Assembly: GCA_043228905.1 (NCBI GenBank)
Contig: JBHGNT010000006.1
Location: 16,182,001 to 16,246,000, forward strand
DNA: 64,000 bases
DNA from: Azolla caroliniana
Taxonomy: Eukaryota; Plantae; Polypodiophyta
Direction of reading: 5' to 3'
The notes under the pieces were generated by a model that saw only the letters and a program-made list of their open reading frames with translations, did no database searches and was not told where the DNA came from. Position numbers and translations under genes: made by a program. The number at the start of each line of letters is the position of its first letter. The stretch's first letter is position 1. This document shows positions 1 through 12,500 of the stretch, one piece after another.

Positions 1-688
1 GATCAATTCCAACCTCACTGTGACAACCAAAGTGTCATCCACCTTGCAAAGAATGCCGCGTACTAGTCGATAACTAAGAATATCCAACGGAGATATCAAC
101 GGCTTAGAGAGAGGGTAGAAGAACGGGATTTCGACCTAGTGAAGATCCACACAGATGGCAATGGATTGGACATGTTGACCAAGGTGCTGCCGATGGACAA
201 GCTAAAAGCATGCCAGAAATAAGCAGGTCTGATGGATCATCCCATACCGGAGTGAAGGGGGAGTAGTCTGGATATGTGATGACTTATGTAGGGGGAGTCG
301 TCTCGTGGCAATCAAGGTTGCAGAAGGTTGTGGCTCTATCGACCACAGAAGTAGAGTATATGGTTGTCGTTGAAGCCGGCAAGGAAATCATATGGATGAG
401 AGATTTCAACAGTGAGTTGGGAATGAAGCACGATCAATTCCAACTTCACTACGACAACCAAAGTACCATCTACCTTGCAAAGAATGCCGCCTACTAGTCG
501 AGAACTAAGCATATCCAATGGAGATATCACTAGCTTCGAGAGAGGGTAGAAGAAAGGGATTTTGACCTAGTGACGATCCACATGGATGACAATGGATTGG
601 ACATGCTGACCAATGTGCTACTAATGGACTAGCATGTGGGCAATGAGCAGGTATGATGGAACATCCATACCAGAGTGAAGGGGGAGTT
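1..688 (+). mobile_element. Ty1/copia RNase H C-terminus plus PPT, tandemly duplicated (period about 431 bp), degenerate
   Basis: Motifs SWQSRLQKVVALSTTEVEY and KIHTDGNGLDMLTK. The segment at 1 recurs at 432. PPT GAGTGAAGGGGGAG at about 250 and about 673. Confidence 0.85.
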
Positions 689-1150
689 TTTTGGGAAACA
701 AGTCCCTCCAGATGGGATGCTTTGCACAGCCGGATCCGGATGACGAACCGTTTCGGCCGAAAGACATTCAACACGAATCCCGAATCCCAATCCATAACCC
801 CTATAGTGCATAAGTATAAATACACTTAGGGCTAACATGTGTGTGTATCATTAGAGAGCTAAAGATCGTTGTATAGAGTGGAATATCAGAGCGAGAAAAG
901 AGATAGTGTCTGAGTAATTGTCGGTTAGATGAAGAAGAGCTCGAGGTTATTGCCTTCGAGTGTCCTTGTACACTCTCCTCATTTAGTGGAACGGTTCCGA
1001 GCATGTGGGCTCCCGTGGTTATTCCCATTACAGGGTTTTCTACATTAACAACTCGTGTCTTTGTGTCAATGTATTGATTTATATTCTCTATTTCTGCTTC
1101 CTTTACTTTTGTGCTCAGAGAATTGGTTGTGGTTGATCCCATATTTGACA
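689..1150 (+). repeat. 3' LTR of the copia element at 1-688
   Basis: Directly follows the PPT. Starts TTTTGGGA (degenerate TGTTGGGA as in elements A/B), has a TATAAATA box, and ends TTTGACA. Confidence 0.7.
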
Positions 1151-1748
1151 CTAACTCTAAAAAGTTAGAATGTGAACGGATACAAGTTAAAAGCTAAATG
1201 AATTTGCATCTTCCAAGTGTCCTTGGATCTCTTTTTTTCCTCTCCCTTACCTATTTCTACATGGTACAAACATGCCAAGAAATAATACCTCGGTATTATT
1301 TCACACTTACCATATCAATAAACTAAATGATAACAGCCATTACATATGGTGTATGACCACGGAAACCTACTTTAACAATATAATTTGTTAACAATCATTA
1401 ATGGTAGAGGGTGAAAGCATGGGAATGGAAACACTATTATAGCTAACATGTAGCAGACATCCTCAAGTCTAATTAGGTATTATTTTCGCTAATATTTAGT
1501 GGGCAAATCTTAAAGATAGATATAATTTATTATGGGACGAAAATATGGGAACGAACAGAGGGTTTTATGCACTCATGTTTTTGCCTTTAATGTCAATATA
1601 TTGCCATACTAATGCCAACGCACAACCAATTCCCTCTTCATCTACATATGAATCAATTAAAACGAAGAAGCTACGATGGCGAATCAAGGGGGCATGTAAG
1701 ACTAACATTGACATGGACATGGTCGTCGATCGTTGGGAGGTTACACCC

Positions 1749-1934
1749 TATTGAGAATCAAACTCAACTTCTCATGGAGAAAGTGTTCACACTAGTCAGT
1801 GGACATCATACTAGGCTAGTTTTGTAATTAGTAGAAAGGGCACTTGCCCTAGATCATTTGGTATTTAAACCAACCTTTTGTAACATAGTTACTATTGGAT
1901 GTAATCTATCTGTTTACGAATACAACTTCTTGTT

Positions 1935-1986
<52 letters not shown>

Positions 1987-3429
1987 CTCTCTCTCTTTCA
2001 ACTTCTTTTTCAAAAGCATTATTGGTGTTAAGCAAGGATGCCCACTCTCACCAACACTATTTGTTCTATGCATTGATGAATTGGAAGAAATGGTTACCAA
2101 GTTTGCAAAGGAAGAATGTGTTGAAGAAGTTGCCATTGGGAATGTTGTGATTATGCTTTTGCTATATGCAGATGATGTAGTGCTTTTTGCAAATACTTTT
2201 GGAGATGCACAAAAGCTTATGAAGGCATTGGAAAAATTTTGCATGCATACTAAATTAAGTGTCAATAGCTCTAAAACAAAGATTATGCTTGTGAAGAGCC
2301 AAAAAATAGATAAACCATGCATTATGTACAACAATGAGCCACTTGAATGTGTGGAAAGCTTCAAATATCTTGGCCTTAAAGTTCCTTCAAATCATAGATG
2401 GAATGAATTTGCTACACGCCGCTTAGAGGTGGGTAAGCAAGCATACTATGCATTTGAGAACACATGCAATCTTGGAGATATTAAGTGTTGGGTCCTCAAG
2501 AAATATCTTTTCGACACTTTGGTGACACCGGTTCTTCTCTATGGGGCGGTAGCATCCCTAAATCTATGTGGAAAGAGTTTGAAAATGTCCAAAAGCATTT
2601 TCTTACCAAGTTTCTACAAGTTAAGAAACAAACGCCCTACACCCTCCTCCTCCTTGAGACGGGATCGTTTCCCATTGAGATCATGACCATGGAAAGGGTT
2701 GTTGAATACATGCTTAAGGTTCAAAAAAGTCCCTCACATCAACTTCCTAGAATTGCGTGGGAAGCAAGCAAAAAGATCCAAAAGACTCATAAAAGCAAAA
2801 TTTTGTGTTCCGGTTGGATGCAAGATATAGAAAAATGGTTTGGTAGATGGGATGTGAGGCACATACTTCATGATGCATCATTAGATTCCTCTATAAATGA
2901 GGCATTTTTGCAACGCCAATGTATCATGACATGGGACAAATGTGGAGGCTCACGCTTCACACATTATACTACACATGTTGCACTTGACTACAAAACCATA
3001 TTCTTTGCGGAACGGGGAAATCGTACACATCCATACATGTTAGAGCCCATACCGTTATCTACCATTCGAACCATTGCTTCCAGCGACTTAGCTCACATGC
3101 ATTGCGATGTGAAATAGGGCGTTGGGGCACAAGTGATGAGAGTGGTCGGCTATGCACACTTTGTCCTAAACAAGTTCGCGAGTCTGAGTATCGCACTTTG
3201 ATACAATGCTCTGCCTTTGATCATATTCAACTATGCTTTCCACATCTCTTCGATCGAGCCCAATCTTTGCATGAATTCCTCTCACAACCACAATGTGCAC
3301 TTTCAATTGCAACATTCATTGGTAAAGTTCTTGAACATTAAGAGTCACTACTCACTTTCACACTTATCACGTGAAATGTAATATTTTTGGTCTCATAGGT
3401 CATATTTGACCTCCGAAGACGATATTATA

Positions 3430-3477
<48 letters not shown>

Positions 3478-6400
3478 CTTGCCTTAGCTGTACTCACACA
3501 CACACAGAGCTCGATTCCATTGCATAGCACCACCTATGTCTCACCTTCTTTACATGGTATCAGAGCATGTGGTTGCCTGCTCAAACTCACTCAAATGTGC
3601 TATGATCACAACATCGACGATCATCACAACTGGTTCAAGCAACAGAGAAAGAAATTGACATCATGAATACTTAGATGGGAAGTGTTCTTCCTACGGAGAA
3701 CCTCAACAGGAAAAACTTTGCATCCTGGGAATACAAGATGATGCATCCATACCTTGTCGAACAAGGTTACTGGAGTTACATTGAAGGAGCTCATGAAATG
3801 CAACCCAACCCAACACATACCGACTACCTAGCGTGGGAGCAGGCCACAAGCCGTGTGTTGTATTGCCTTGCATCATGCATTCATGACCACATGCTCAGTT
3901 ATATTCGAGAGTTGAAAACGTCGAAAGAAGCTTGGGGCAACCTCAAGAAGATTTTCGCACCGAACACAGCTGCACATAAACTCCAACTCTGAGAGGAGTT
4001 AAACAATATGCAATAGAGGGACATGTTGATTACTAGCTACACCTTGAAGATCAAGGAGATCTGAAATGCCCTCGAATCGATCAACGTTGTCATCAACAAT
4101 GAAGAAATGGTGCAAATATGCCTCGATTCAGCTTAGCACCACGATTAGATCGGCTATTCTCGCAAGGGAGAATCCACTATTGGTGGAAGAAAATCATGCC
4201 CGACAGACGACCAATGCACCCAATGTTCAGATGCTCTACTCCCAATCGGACGATAGAAGAGGATTCGTCCGAGGGCGACAGAGTCAGCCAACCCGAGAAC
4301 GCAACTCCTACCAATGGTAAGATGGTAGGCGCAATCCTAGAGAGTTTGGTAGAAGGGAGAGCCATCCTGCCGGACCGAGCCATCGGAATAACCCAATCGA
4401 ATGTGGGTGTTGTGGAAAACTTGACCACTACAAAGAGGAGTGTCGAAAGAAGCAACAAGAATTGGCTTCGACTAGCCAACAACTCACTAACTATGCTCCG
4501 AATTCTGACTACGACGATTGTGGCGGAATGTTCATGATTAGGTACAAAGCGCATTCAATGTCAACACAAGGTGAGACAAGAACCTTTCCTTCGGATAATG
4601 TATGGTTTATCGACTCGGGAGCATCCAATCATATGACGTCCCACGAAGATTTGTTCCGAGAATTACGAATGCCCGAGCGGTCCAGCTATGTCGAAACCGG
4701 AGATGACACAACTCACTCAATTCGGCATATTGAAATCTTCCATTAGGGAATGATGGCAAACAAACCTACCTCAAAAACGTCTTGCATGTCCCAACCATCA
4801 CGAAAAATCTAGTCTCGGTCGCCAGATAGTAGAACAAGGCATGCAAGTGTTGTTCAATAATGAAGGGTGCTTCATTGAAAAAGACAACCAAATCATAGCA
4901 CATGATCGTCGAGAAGGTCGAATGTTCATCCTCGAGTCGAGCGAGGTGAAGTCCGCCATGTTTGCAAATGGCATCAAAGTCGAAACCGACTTGAAACTAT
5001 GGCACAAGCGAATCGGTCACATTAATCTCCAAAAGCTTGAAGGAACGTTGTTGAAAGGAGTCGTAATCGGACTTCTGACATTTACCGAGAAGGAGATTAT
5101 GGGTGTATGTGAAGCATGCCAATTCGGCAAACAACACCGACAACCATTCCCAAAAGAGAGTAATGTGAGCAAAGGGATCCTGGACGTTGTACATTTAGAT
5201 GTATGGGGGCCATCACAAACAACAAGATTCGGTGGATGTCGATACTATGTCACGTTTATTGACGACTTCTCCAGACACACCTAGATTTACCCCATGTGAC
5301 AAAAGAGTGAAGTATTTGGACACTTCCAAAGATTCAAAAACGAAGTTGAAAAGGTAACAGGTCGGCATCCCTAATACCTTCGATTAGACGGAGGCAAGGA
5401 ATAGTTCTCGTACGATTTTATGGTGTACCTCCAAAAGGAAGGAATTTGACGAGAATTCTCATGCCGACAGAGACCTCAGCAAAACGAAGTAGCCGAACGA
5501 AAAAACTGGCACATAGTAGAGGTGGCAAGGGCCATGATGAATGAGAAGAACCTACTGAAATCATATTGGGCAGAAGAGGCTAACACAACCGTCTATCTTA
5601 TGAACAGATGCACAACCTCTGGGGTACACGACGCAACCCCTCATGAGAAGTTTTTTGGGAAGAAGTCGGATCTATGACATATCTGAATATTCGGCTCAAT
5701 CGCCTACATGCATATTCTCGACGAGAAGCAACAAAAGCTCGACTCAAAGTCAGAGGAATGTATCCTCATAGGGTACTCACTCAAACAAATAGGGGTACCA
5801 ATGTAACAATCCTTATACCCGAAAAGTTCGAGTAAGTCGAGACGTCGTTTTCGATGAGTCGACATCTTGGTACGAACCAGAGACGACTCCGATTTCGAGT
5901 CCGGTCAACCTAGAATCGACCAAACAAGAGATAGAAGATGGAGATCGACTCAAACACATATTCAAAGAAAGCCCGATTATGGCAAAGCTTAGTGGGCCAC
6001 AAGAGCCCTCGAGCGACCAAAGCACATCTTGGCCTAGTCGGAAGATGGACAAAGGAAAGGTGAAAACGCCGGAATATAAAGGCGATCACTTCGACGACAA
6101 CAAATCGACTCACTCCCTCGACAATGAGTTCAGTGGCTTCGATGTACCTATCATGAGGACACCTAGCATAAAGAAATCCATTGCCATGACAAACGAAAAA
6201 CTCCGTCCCTTGAGAAGAATCTTGTTAGCTGATTGGCTACAACGATTATATGGCATACCACTATGCCTTTATGATGAAGGTGGCGACAGTTCGAGAAATG
6301 GAAAGTCTTTCGGAAGCAACCAAGGATCCACGATGGGTCAAAGGAATGAACGAGGAGATGCGAGCACTATGGAAGAATGGGACATGGGATCTCGTTCCCC

Positions 6401-6985
6401 ACTCACCACACAAGAAGGCAATTTGTTGCAGATAGATTTACAAGGTGAAAGATAATGCCAACAGCTCCATCAACCCCTACAAAGCTCTACTCGTAGTGAA
6501 AGGATACAGACAAACACATGGACTCAATTATGAAGAGACCTTTGCCCCGGTGGCAAAGATGACGACTATGCGAATCGTCATTGCTCTAGCCGTAGCAAAA
6601 GGGTGGCACCTCCACTCCAGCAAATGGACGTCAAGAACACCTTTCTTCAAGGCGAATTAGAAGAGGAGGTGTACATGGTACAATCACCTGAATTCGAATC
6701 CAACATTAATCTGAAAGTCATCTCCCGACTCAAGAAGCCTCTATACGGCCTCAAGCAAGCACTGCGTGTTTGGCATTCAAAGATCACCCAATATCTTCAC
6801 CAAAATCAACTTCCGAATGTCGAAATCAGACAACTCCCTATACATCCGAAATGAGTCAAACAACCCGATTGTCATCATCCTGTACGTGTATGATTTGTTC
6901 ATCGAAGGAAAGAATCCCGTCAACATTAATAAAATCAAAATGTTCCTATCCAGCAAATTTGAAATGAAAGACATGAACAAGCTAA
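1749..6985 (+). mobile_element. Degenerate Ty1/copia element (5' LTR interrupted by a LINE, PBS, gag-PR-INT-RT), 3' truncated
   Basis: LTR about 1749-3554. PBS TGGTATCAGAGC at 3555-3566. Gag LNRKNFASWEYKM, zinc knuckle near 4400, protease WFIDSGASNHMT, integrase [28 protein letters not shown]. Many stops and frameshifts. Confidence 0.88.
1996..3478 (+). mobile_element. 5'-truncated non-LTR retrotransposon (RTE/RTEX-like LINE): RT plus C-terminal Cys/His motif, (TATC)n tail
   Basis: GVKQGCPLSPTLF, LLYADD, FKYLG and RLCTLC...LIQC motifs. 3' tail of TATC repeats at 3430-3477. Inserted at a (CT)n tract inside a copia LTR. Confidence 0.88.
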
Positions 6986-6997
6986 AGGGTAAGTGTA

Positions 6998-8375
6998 TGT
7001 GGAAACGTATGAGGATCTGTCTTAGTTCGTACTCAGAAAACAACACATAGAGAGAAGCAAAGATATACACAGATTGAATCTTTAATGGAAGCTCTATTAC
7101 GTTCTCTGTATCTCTCTTTCAGAGACATGATATCTGATATTTGAGCAAGAAGATCGTCACTTTACAACATTAGGTTGTTGCTTATATATATACTAAGCCC
7201 TAACTATGTGGATGAGTTCACACTAGGATACAAAGTGGAAGGAGTCGGCCTTTTATGCCAACAAAATCCCCCGTAAAAGGACTACTCTTTCTTACGTGTA
7301 CAAAAGTTTGGGGTTGTGTCCCTTGTAAACCTAGATTACAACACTAATCTAAATTTATGTTACAAGTCGGTCGGCATATAGTCGAGTTTGCATAGGTGCA
7401 GTCCGTGTTGAGCCTACAATGGCTCATTCTCATGATTGATTCGATCGACTCTTACCTTCTGCTCCTCAGTCGGGTTTCTTCTTCTCAGTCGCTTGTCATA
7501 GTCCCATCTTTGTCCTTAGTGCTCCGAAACGTTGATTTGGGAGTGGCTTTGTTAGGCAATTGGCGATGTTCACCTCGGTGTCAATATTCTGTATCTCGAG
7601 CTTCTTCTTAGTTTTGAGCTCCCCGATGTGATGATACTGCACCTCAATGTACTTTGTCTTTGTGTGATAGACAGGATTGTTAATGAGGTGTATTGCGCTC
7701 TGTGAACCGCAATAGCTGGTTAGCGCAGGTCGGTCGGTTTGGCATATAGCTGAGAAGTCGACAGACAGTCGATGCAACTAGATCACTTCCTTCGCTGCCT
7801 CTAATGCTACTATGTACTCAACTTCTGTGGTCGACAAAGTTGTGCACTCTCGAAGTTTCGACCTCCATGATATCACACCGCCACCATAGGTGAAGATGTA
7901 ACTTGATGTCGATTTCCGATTGTCCGTGTTCTCGGCATAGTCGGAATCGGTGTAGCCTTCGACTTTGGCTGAGGTTGTCAGTCTGAAAGTCAGTTGTGCA
8001 TCCATGGTTCCTTTCAGATACCTAAGGATGTGCTTGACAGCCTCCCAATGCTTCTGTCTTGGGTTTGACATGTACCGGCTAACTACTCCTACGGCATGGA
8101 CTAGGTCGGGTCACCTCGCCCTACATGATACTTCCTACGGTCGATGCGTAGGGCATCTTTCCATTAAGCTCTCTCTCCTTGTCCGTTGCAGGAGAGTCTT
8201 TGTCCGATAGTCTGATCGACGTCGGAAGCGATGTTGGTGTTGGCTTCACATTCTCCATATTGAAGCGCTTCAGCACCTTTCGGATATATTCCGACTGGGA
8301 GAGTCGGAGAGTCTTGGTTCTCCGATTTTGCTTGATCCTCATGCCCAGTATGTGATGGGCTTGTCCGAGTTGTGC
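6998..8375 (-). mobile_element. Ty1/copia 3' fragment (RT end, RNase H, 3' UTR, PPT, 3' LTR 6998-7263)
   Basis: Minus-strand ORFs with LSQSEYIRKVLKRFNM and ISWRSKLRECTTLSTTEVEY. PPT (GGGGGA on minus) precedes an LTR running TGTTGGCA...TTTCCACA. Confidence 0.8.
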
Positions 8376-8388
8376 AAGGATGCAAATG

Positions 8389-9090
8389 GAAATGTACATA
8401 CACATGTACATAACATAGGACTAGTGAGTACTAGGTAGTAGGATTTAATGGGTACTTTAAGTCCCACACGCGTAGAGAATAAGACTAATATCCGATGGAG
8501 GAAATCGAGGGAAATCTCTGCCTGAAAACGGATGATGATGGCTTTATGGTGATGAAACGACCTCCCCTTGCCCTATAAAAGGGAGGTTTGAAACTGTTTG
8601 AGGGATCCAGGATTTGGAGGATGAAGTGTTGTTGGTTTGAATGCCAAGGTCTCTCTTACTCTCTCCTCTCTCTGTGTGTCGCATGCTGTACTGAGTTGAG
8701 GAAGAAATTGAAGCCTCTGCTCATGTTGGAAGCATGTACTCCTGACCAGAGGTTCATCATTCTATGCGTGTGTGCAGCTCGCAACTTTGTCGCAGCTTTG
8801 TCACGGCTGAGTCTGGTTGTAATCTCTTCTTCTTTGATAATCGTTAGTATTTTGTCGAGGCTTCCCTTGTGTTTGAACATTACCGTGTTGTTCCTTCTTG
8901 TTTCTATTGTGTGTGCATCCAAGTCTCTGTGCCCGTGGGCTTATTGTTGTTGTCTGACATCCTGCCTGGAATAGTTCATTCCTTCACTCATTGCGCCAAC
9001 TGGCCAGTATAAGGGAATCATTCCGGTTCGGGCATGCGTATGGAAACTGGTTCGGCTAAGCCATCCGAGCCCCGACCCGGTCTTCACTAC
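8389..9090 (+). repeat. LTR-like fragment
   Basis: TATAAAAGGGAGG box followed by CT-rich R/U5-like sequence. No partner LTR or TSD found. Confidence 0.35.
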
Positions 9091-9139
9091 TCCCACCGGC
9101 TCCTTGGTTCGAGACCCCGTGGTTCCACCCCATTTCGAC

Positions 9140-9400
9140 ACATCCCCACAAAATACCGCTACCCCATGAAGGCGCACAACTCAGTATGTGTTAACAATAG
9201 ATCTATTGTTTCCATACTTGAAATTGCTTTAGAACATGGAATAAAATGCGTCATCTTTGTGAATATGTCAACCATCACAAATCCTGAATTGAATCCCTCA
9301 ATGTCGGGAAGGTGGGTGATAAAGTCCGTCGAGATGGAGGCCCATGGCTTACTTGGAATTGATAGAGGTTGAAGTATGTAAACATTAATATGCGGAAGCT
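9140..9400 (-). mobile_element. Ty3/gypsy (chromovirus-type) integrase fragment
   Basis: LQPLSIPSKPWASISTDFIT...VDIFTKMTHFIPC motif. Confidence 0.8.
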
Positions 9401-9509
9401 TTGACAAAACCGGTTACACCGGATAGCAGCAGAGAATAAACACAGGTTTAATGGAAGCTAATCAATAGCATAAACTCAATTTGAATAATAACACTATGTA
9501 CATATAATG

Positions 9510-12500
9510 TGTTGGGATTACGATCCCTTCGGATGGGATGGTCGGATGTCGGAGATGAATGCCGACGAGCTCGGTTTCGGTTTCGGATCCGGATGTTGAA
9601 GACCCCGGCTTCGGTGCCGGATGACGAATGTACCCGGAGAGCGATCCGGATGCAGGGACATATCCGTGAATATGTTTGCTAAGGGCCCCTGAGGCTATAG
9701 TTGTAAATAGCCCCAAAGTCATATATGTATAAATATGACTTAGGGCAAACTGTTTTGTGCTTGCTGATCATTTTTCTGTTTTTCCACTCAAGAGGAGTGA
9801 AGAGGGAACAGCCGTGAGAGAGAGAGAGAGAGAGAGATAGAGCGCGAGAGAGGAAGAGGACGACGCCTCTTTGTATTTCCGCCTCCTGTGGCGAGGACAG
9901 CGAGCTCAAGGTCGTCGCCTTGCAGCTCGTCATTGTATACTTCTCTGTATAGTGTTGGTTTGGAGTCTTGTACTCCCGTGGTTTTTCCCGTCTAGGGTTT
10001 TCCACGTTAATCCCTGTGTATTCGTGTGTTTCTCTCTTTGGTTCCTATTTTCTGCTGCATTGATTCGCGATTACTCGGTTGTGGCCGAGCGGTGAAGGTA
10101 AATCGAAGCGTCGATTTCCTAACAATCTGGTATCAGAGCGAACTGCTGCAGAAAATGGAAGGCGGCGGCAGCAGGCAGCCGGGGATGATGGTGCTGAATG
10201 CGCAGAATTACGCCGATTGGAAGATCAAGATGGAGGATCTTCTGATCGTTCGGGACCTGTATGAACCGATTGACAGGTCGGAAATACCGAAGGGGGTACT
10301 TGAGTCGGAGTGGAAGCTCCTGAACCGGAAAGCCGTAGCGACGATCCGACAATATGTCGATGTAAGCGTCCTACAACATGTGGCGAACGACACCAACGCA
10401 TATGAGATGTGGAAGAAGCTGTCGGGCCTCTACGAGAGGAAGAATGCGTTGAACCGGACCTCCCTGATGAGGAAGATAGTGAATCTCAAGTACCGGGACG
10501 GCGAGAGTATGGTGGAACACGTAAGCACGTTCATGGGATTCGTGAATCAGCTTGCGGCGATCAAGTTCCCGTTGGAGGATGCAATGCAAGCCATCATCCT
10601 GATGTGTACATTGCCGGATAGCTGGGAGAACTTGGTGGTGACTCTCAGCACCTCCTGCACCGAAGATAACTTGTCCTTACAAACGGTAAAGACAAGTATT
10701 TTGAACGAAGAAGCGCGTCGGAGAGATAAAGAACCGGCCTCCGACTCGAAGGCGCTGCTTACCGAATCGGATCGGGGAAGACAATGGAACCGGAGTCCGC
10801 AAAGACGAGAGAAGTCGGGGACCCGGTCGCAGTCAAGAGGAAGGCCCACATGCTTCCACTGTGGGAAGCCGGGGCACTTCCGAAAGAATTGTCGGCATTA
10901 CCGAAAAGACAACGGAGCCGACGACACCGATTCGAAGAAGTCACCGGAGAGAAACGGTGCATACCGGGGAGCCACGGACCGGAGAGGTTCGGATCGGCGA
11001 GGGCAGGACCGGAAAGGAACAACGGCACTCGCGGCAAGTGAGGAAGAAATCATGCTCATCACCGAAGAAGGTGAACTAAACATTGCCGGCGATGAGACGA
11101 CCTGGGTGGTCGATTCCGGAGCATCGTTCCACCTGACCCCGGAGAGAAGATACTTCTCATCCTACACAGCCGGTGAGCATGGCTGTGTTCGGATGGGGAA
11201 TGAAGGTACGTGCCGGATTGCCGGCATAGGAGACGTGTGGTTGACAACCCCGACCGGATGCAAAATGCTGCTGAAGGATGTCTGACACGTTCCGGAGGTT
11301 CGATTGAACCTGATTTCGGCCGGGAGGCTAGACGATGAAGGCTACACAGGTAGCATCCGGAACGGCGTAATGAAGTTCAGCAAGGGGAGCCTGATAGTGG
11401 CTCGGGCCCGGAAAGACAACACACTGTACCTGATGAATGCCCGGTTATGTCCGGAAGAGCTGAATGTGGCAGCCGACACTGCCGGTGAGCTGTGGCACAA
11501 AAGACTGTGCCACATGAGCGAGAAGGGGATGAAGAGGCTTGCAGAAGACAATCTCATTCCAGTGAAGCATGTGCATCTGGAGAAGTGCACCGATTGCCTG
11601 GCCGGTAAACAGAACCGAACCTCCTTCCACTCAAGGCCACCGACGAGACGCAGTGCACCATTGGAGTTGGTGCACACGGATGTGTGTCAAGTAGAAACGA
11701 AGTCACATGGCGGAGCCCAGTACTTCGTGACATTCATTGATGACCACAGCCGGAAGCTGTGGACGGCACCGTTGAAGACAAAGGACCAAGTGTTGTGCGT
11801 CTTCAAAGAACTCCACGCGAGAGTGGAGAGAGAATCCGGCAAGAAGCTGAAAGCGATACGAGCGGATAACGGAGGGGAATACCGGGGGCAGTTCCAGGAG
11901 TACTGTCGCTCGAAGGGAATCCGGCTCGAGTTTACTGTGTCGAAGACGCCGGAACTGAATGGGCTGGCCGAGAGGATGAACCGGACCATAATGGAGAGGG
12001 TCCGGAGTATGCTGGCGCATGCGAAATTACCCAAGGGGTTTTGGGCTGAGGCAATGTCGACGGCGACATACGTGATAAACAGATCACCCTCAGTACCGTT
12101 GGACGGAGACACGCCGCAGAAAGTGTGGACCGGTAAGGACGTGTCCTACCGGCATCTGAAGGTGTTCGGGTGTCTCGCATACGTGCACGTGGCAAAGGAC
12201 CGGAGAGGAAAGCTAGATCCAAAGACCCGGCCATGCATATTCCTCGGTTACGGCGACGACGAGTTCGGCTACCGAGTATGGGACCCGGTCGACAAGAAGA
12301 TATTCAGGAGTCGAGATATCATCTTCATGGAGAACAAGACACTCGCCGACTGGGAGTCGGAGAAGAAGATGAAGAGCTCCAAGTCGACCGGTGAGGATCA
12401 ACTCTACGAGGAGCAGTCCCGACCGGCAAGGGACCGGTTAGCACTCGAGGATCCAGCCGAAGATGGTGAAGAAACAGAACCGGCCGAAGAAGATGAAAAT

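Noticed and set aside
9462-10095. Short ORFs repeated near-identically at 14164-14827, with similar ones in B's LTRs
   Set aside because: They lie inside LTRs and are duplicated only because the LTRs are.
11283-11285. Programmed stop-codon readthrough between gag and pol in element A
   Set aside because: The sister element B has CGA at this position, so it is a simple C>T mutation.
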